From Acinetobacter phage Herod: a DNA stretch of 24,000 nt. Below are positions 22,482-24,000 of this stretch, one piece after another. The stretch lies in sequence record MW316732.1, one strand, 5' to 3'. The notes below the pieces were generated by a model. That model worked only from the letters and a program-made list of their open reading frames with translations. It was not told where the DNA came from and did not search any database. Both the position numbers and the translations under genes were made by a program. How positions within the stretch are numbered: position 1 is the first letter of the stretch; every line of letters starts with the position of its first letter.

Positions 22482-23510
22482 ATGGCTTCAAAACTTTCTG
22501 AAGTAGTGAATGTTGTTATTAGAAGAGAGACTAGTTTCATCCGTGAAGCTGATTTAAACACAATGGCTATTGTCTCAAATAACACAACATTTACAGATGC
22601 ATACCGCATCTACACTAATATTGATCAAATTTTAGATGATGGCTTTGATACAGATTCTTATGTTTATAAAGCAGCAGCAATGGCTTTTGGACAAGAAATT
22701 AAACCAGCTAAGATTGTTGTTACAGGTGGTGCTGTAGCAACTGGCGAGTATGTTACAAAGCTTACAAGTACATTAAGTGCATATAACCAATTTTTATACG
22801 TTGTCACAGATGCTACAGCAGATGCAGATATTCTTGCAATTGCAGCTTATGTGGAAACACAAGAGTTATTTTATGGAGTTACTATGACTGATATTACAGC
22901 ACAAGGCAACTTGATGACTCAGCTAAAAACTCTTGGCTACGATCGTACACTTGTTTTATTCAATGAAAATACTACAGGAACTATCCCAGAAGCTGGATGG
23001 ATTGCTAGATTTGGTTCTGAGCAAGCTGGAAGTATCACTTGGGTTCTTAAACCAGTCAAAGGTCTTTTACCATCAAAACTTTCTGAAACACAGAAAACAT
23101 TCTTAGAGACCAACAACGTTTCATGGCTAGACAGTTATGAAGACGATGCGGTTATCTCTAATCGTGGTGGTAAGGTTGCTTCTGGTGAGTGGATTGATGT
23201 AATGCTTGGGGTTCAGTGGATTATCACTCGCTTGAGAGAAGCAGTTTACAACGTTCTAAGAAACCAACGTAAAGTAGGTATGAGTAATGAAGGGGTTGCT
23301 TTAATTGAGGCACCGATTCGTAGAGTTTTAGAACAAGCTATCCTGTTTGGTATCTTGGCAAGAGAACCACAATATTCTCTTATCATGCCTGATGTTCTAG
23401 CATTGACACCAGCAGAACGTAACTCTCGTAAACTTAAAGGCATCACTTTCAGAGCTAGACTTGAAGGTGCTATTCACTATGTTGACATTGAAGGTACTGT
23501 TTACCCTTAA
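22482..23510 (+). CDS. Tail sheath protein (DUF3383-like)
   Basis: 342 aa; ASKLSEVVNVVIRRETSFIREADLNTMAIVSNN...; GGVAITRLREAVYNVLRNQRKVGMSNEGVALIE-type C-terminus; position before tube. Confidence 0.75.
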   Translation: MASKLSEVVNVVIRRETSFIREADLNTMAIVSNNTTFTDAYRIYTNIDQILDDGFDTDSYVYKAAAMAFGQEIKPAKIVVTGGAVATGEYVTKLTSTLSAYNQFLYVVTDATADADILAIAAYVETQELFYGVTMTDITAQGNLMTQLKTLGYDRTLVLFNENTTGTIPEAGWIARFGSEQAGSITWVLKPVKGLLPSKLSETQKTFLETNNVSWLDSYEDDAVISNRGGKVASGEWIDVMLGVQWIITRLREAVYNVLRNQRKVGMSNEGVALIEAPIRRVLEQAILFGILAREPQYSLIMPDVLALTPAERNSRKLKGITFRARLEGAIHYVDIEGTVYP

Positions 23511-23547
23511 TCTGAGGGTAAACTTACTTAAAATAAGGAGAGTTTAG

Positions 23548-24000
23548 ATGGCTGAACAAAACTTAGGTACATACAGTGCTGAAGAAGTTCAAGTAATTTT
23601 AGAGCAAGAAAGTACAGGTCTAGTTTATAGGGTTGTAGGTTTCATGGAAGATTCTATGGTTACTATAACACCTTCAGTAGATACATACACACCATACAAT
23701 GGTGCAGATAATACTGGTGCCCGTATTCACAATGGTAACAGAAGTGCAAACGTGGTTTTATCTCTACAACAAACTTCACCTTCGAACGATGTCTTAACAA
23801 GACTACTTCAAAAGGATGTTCGTTCACGTAGAAATGAAGGTCTCTTCTCAGTAATGATTAAGGATGCTTCTGGACGTACTGTTGCGACAGCACGACAAGC
23901 ATACATTACAAGACTACCAGAAATCACTTACACAAACAACATGTCAGTGCGTGAATGGAATATTTATGCATACAACTCAGAAATCTTCGTTGGTGGTAAC
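23548..24000 (+). CDS. Tail tube-like protein (DUF3277-like), C-terminus outside window
   Basis: Own translation: MAEQNLGTYSAEEVQVILEQESTGLVYRVVGFMEDSMVTITPSVDTYTPYNGADNTGARIHNGNRSANVVLSLQQTSPSNDVLTRLLQKD...; AAGGAG RBS. Confidence 0.75.
   Translation, partial: MAEQNLGTYSAEEVQVILEQESTGLVYRVVGFMEDSMVTITPSVDTYTPYNGADNTGARIHNGNRSANVVLSLQQTSPSNDVLTRLLQKDVRSRRNEGLFSVMIKDASGRTVATARQAYITRLPEITYTNNMSVREWNIYAYNSEIFVGGN

Overview
The window looks like part of a lytic, contractile-tailed (myovirus-type) phage genome, judged from the predicted protein sequences and gene order. No database search was possible. Layout: (1) 1-3371, minus strand: small early-type genes plus a truncated P-loop ATPase. (2) 3372-3841: divergent control region with repeated palindromic motifs and promoters. 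(3) 3842-8444, plus strand: zinc-ribbon protein, nested spanin pair, large beta-helix-like tail fibre/spike, terminator, holin-like protein, SleB-like hydrolase, and a terS candidate. (4) About 8530-12635: a large RNA-rich island with 15 tRNA genes I could fold by hand, several structured segments that are not ordinary tRNAs, and two protein genes (one PD-(D/E)XK_5-like). (5) A thioredoxin-like gene, a NUMOD4/HNH endonuclease gene, and terL, which is split inside the Walker A codons by a ~313-nt td-like group I intron. (6) 15446-24000: portal, S49 protease/scaffold, decoration protein, major capsid, connector/neck proteins, tail sheath and tail tube. The most interesting items are: the terL intron in the P-loop, whose protein-conserving 3' end predicts a terminal A instead of the usual G; its neighbouring free-standing HNH gene; two tRNAs with Leu anticodons but short variable loops; and the structured non-tRNA segments of the tRNA island (a 20-nt perfect repeat, a possible bistable hairpin, and a ~790-nt unexplained stretch).
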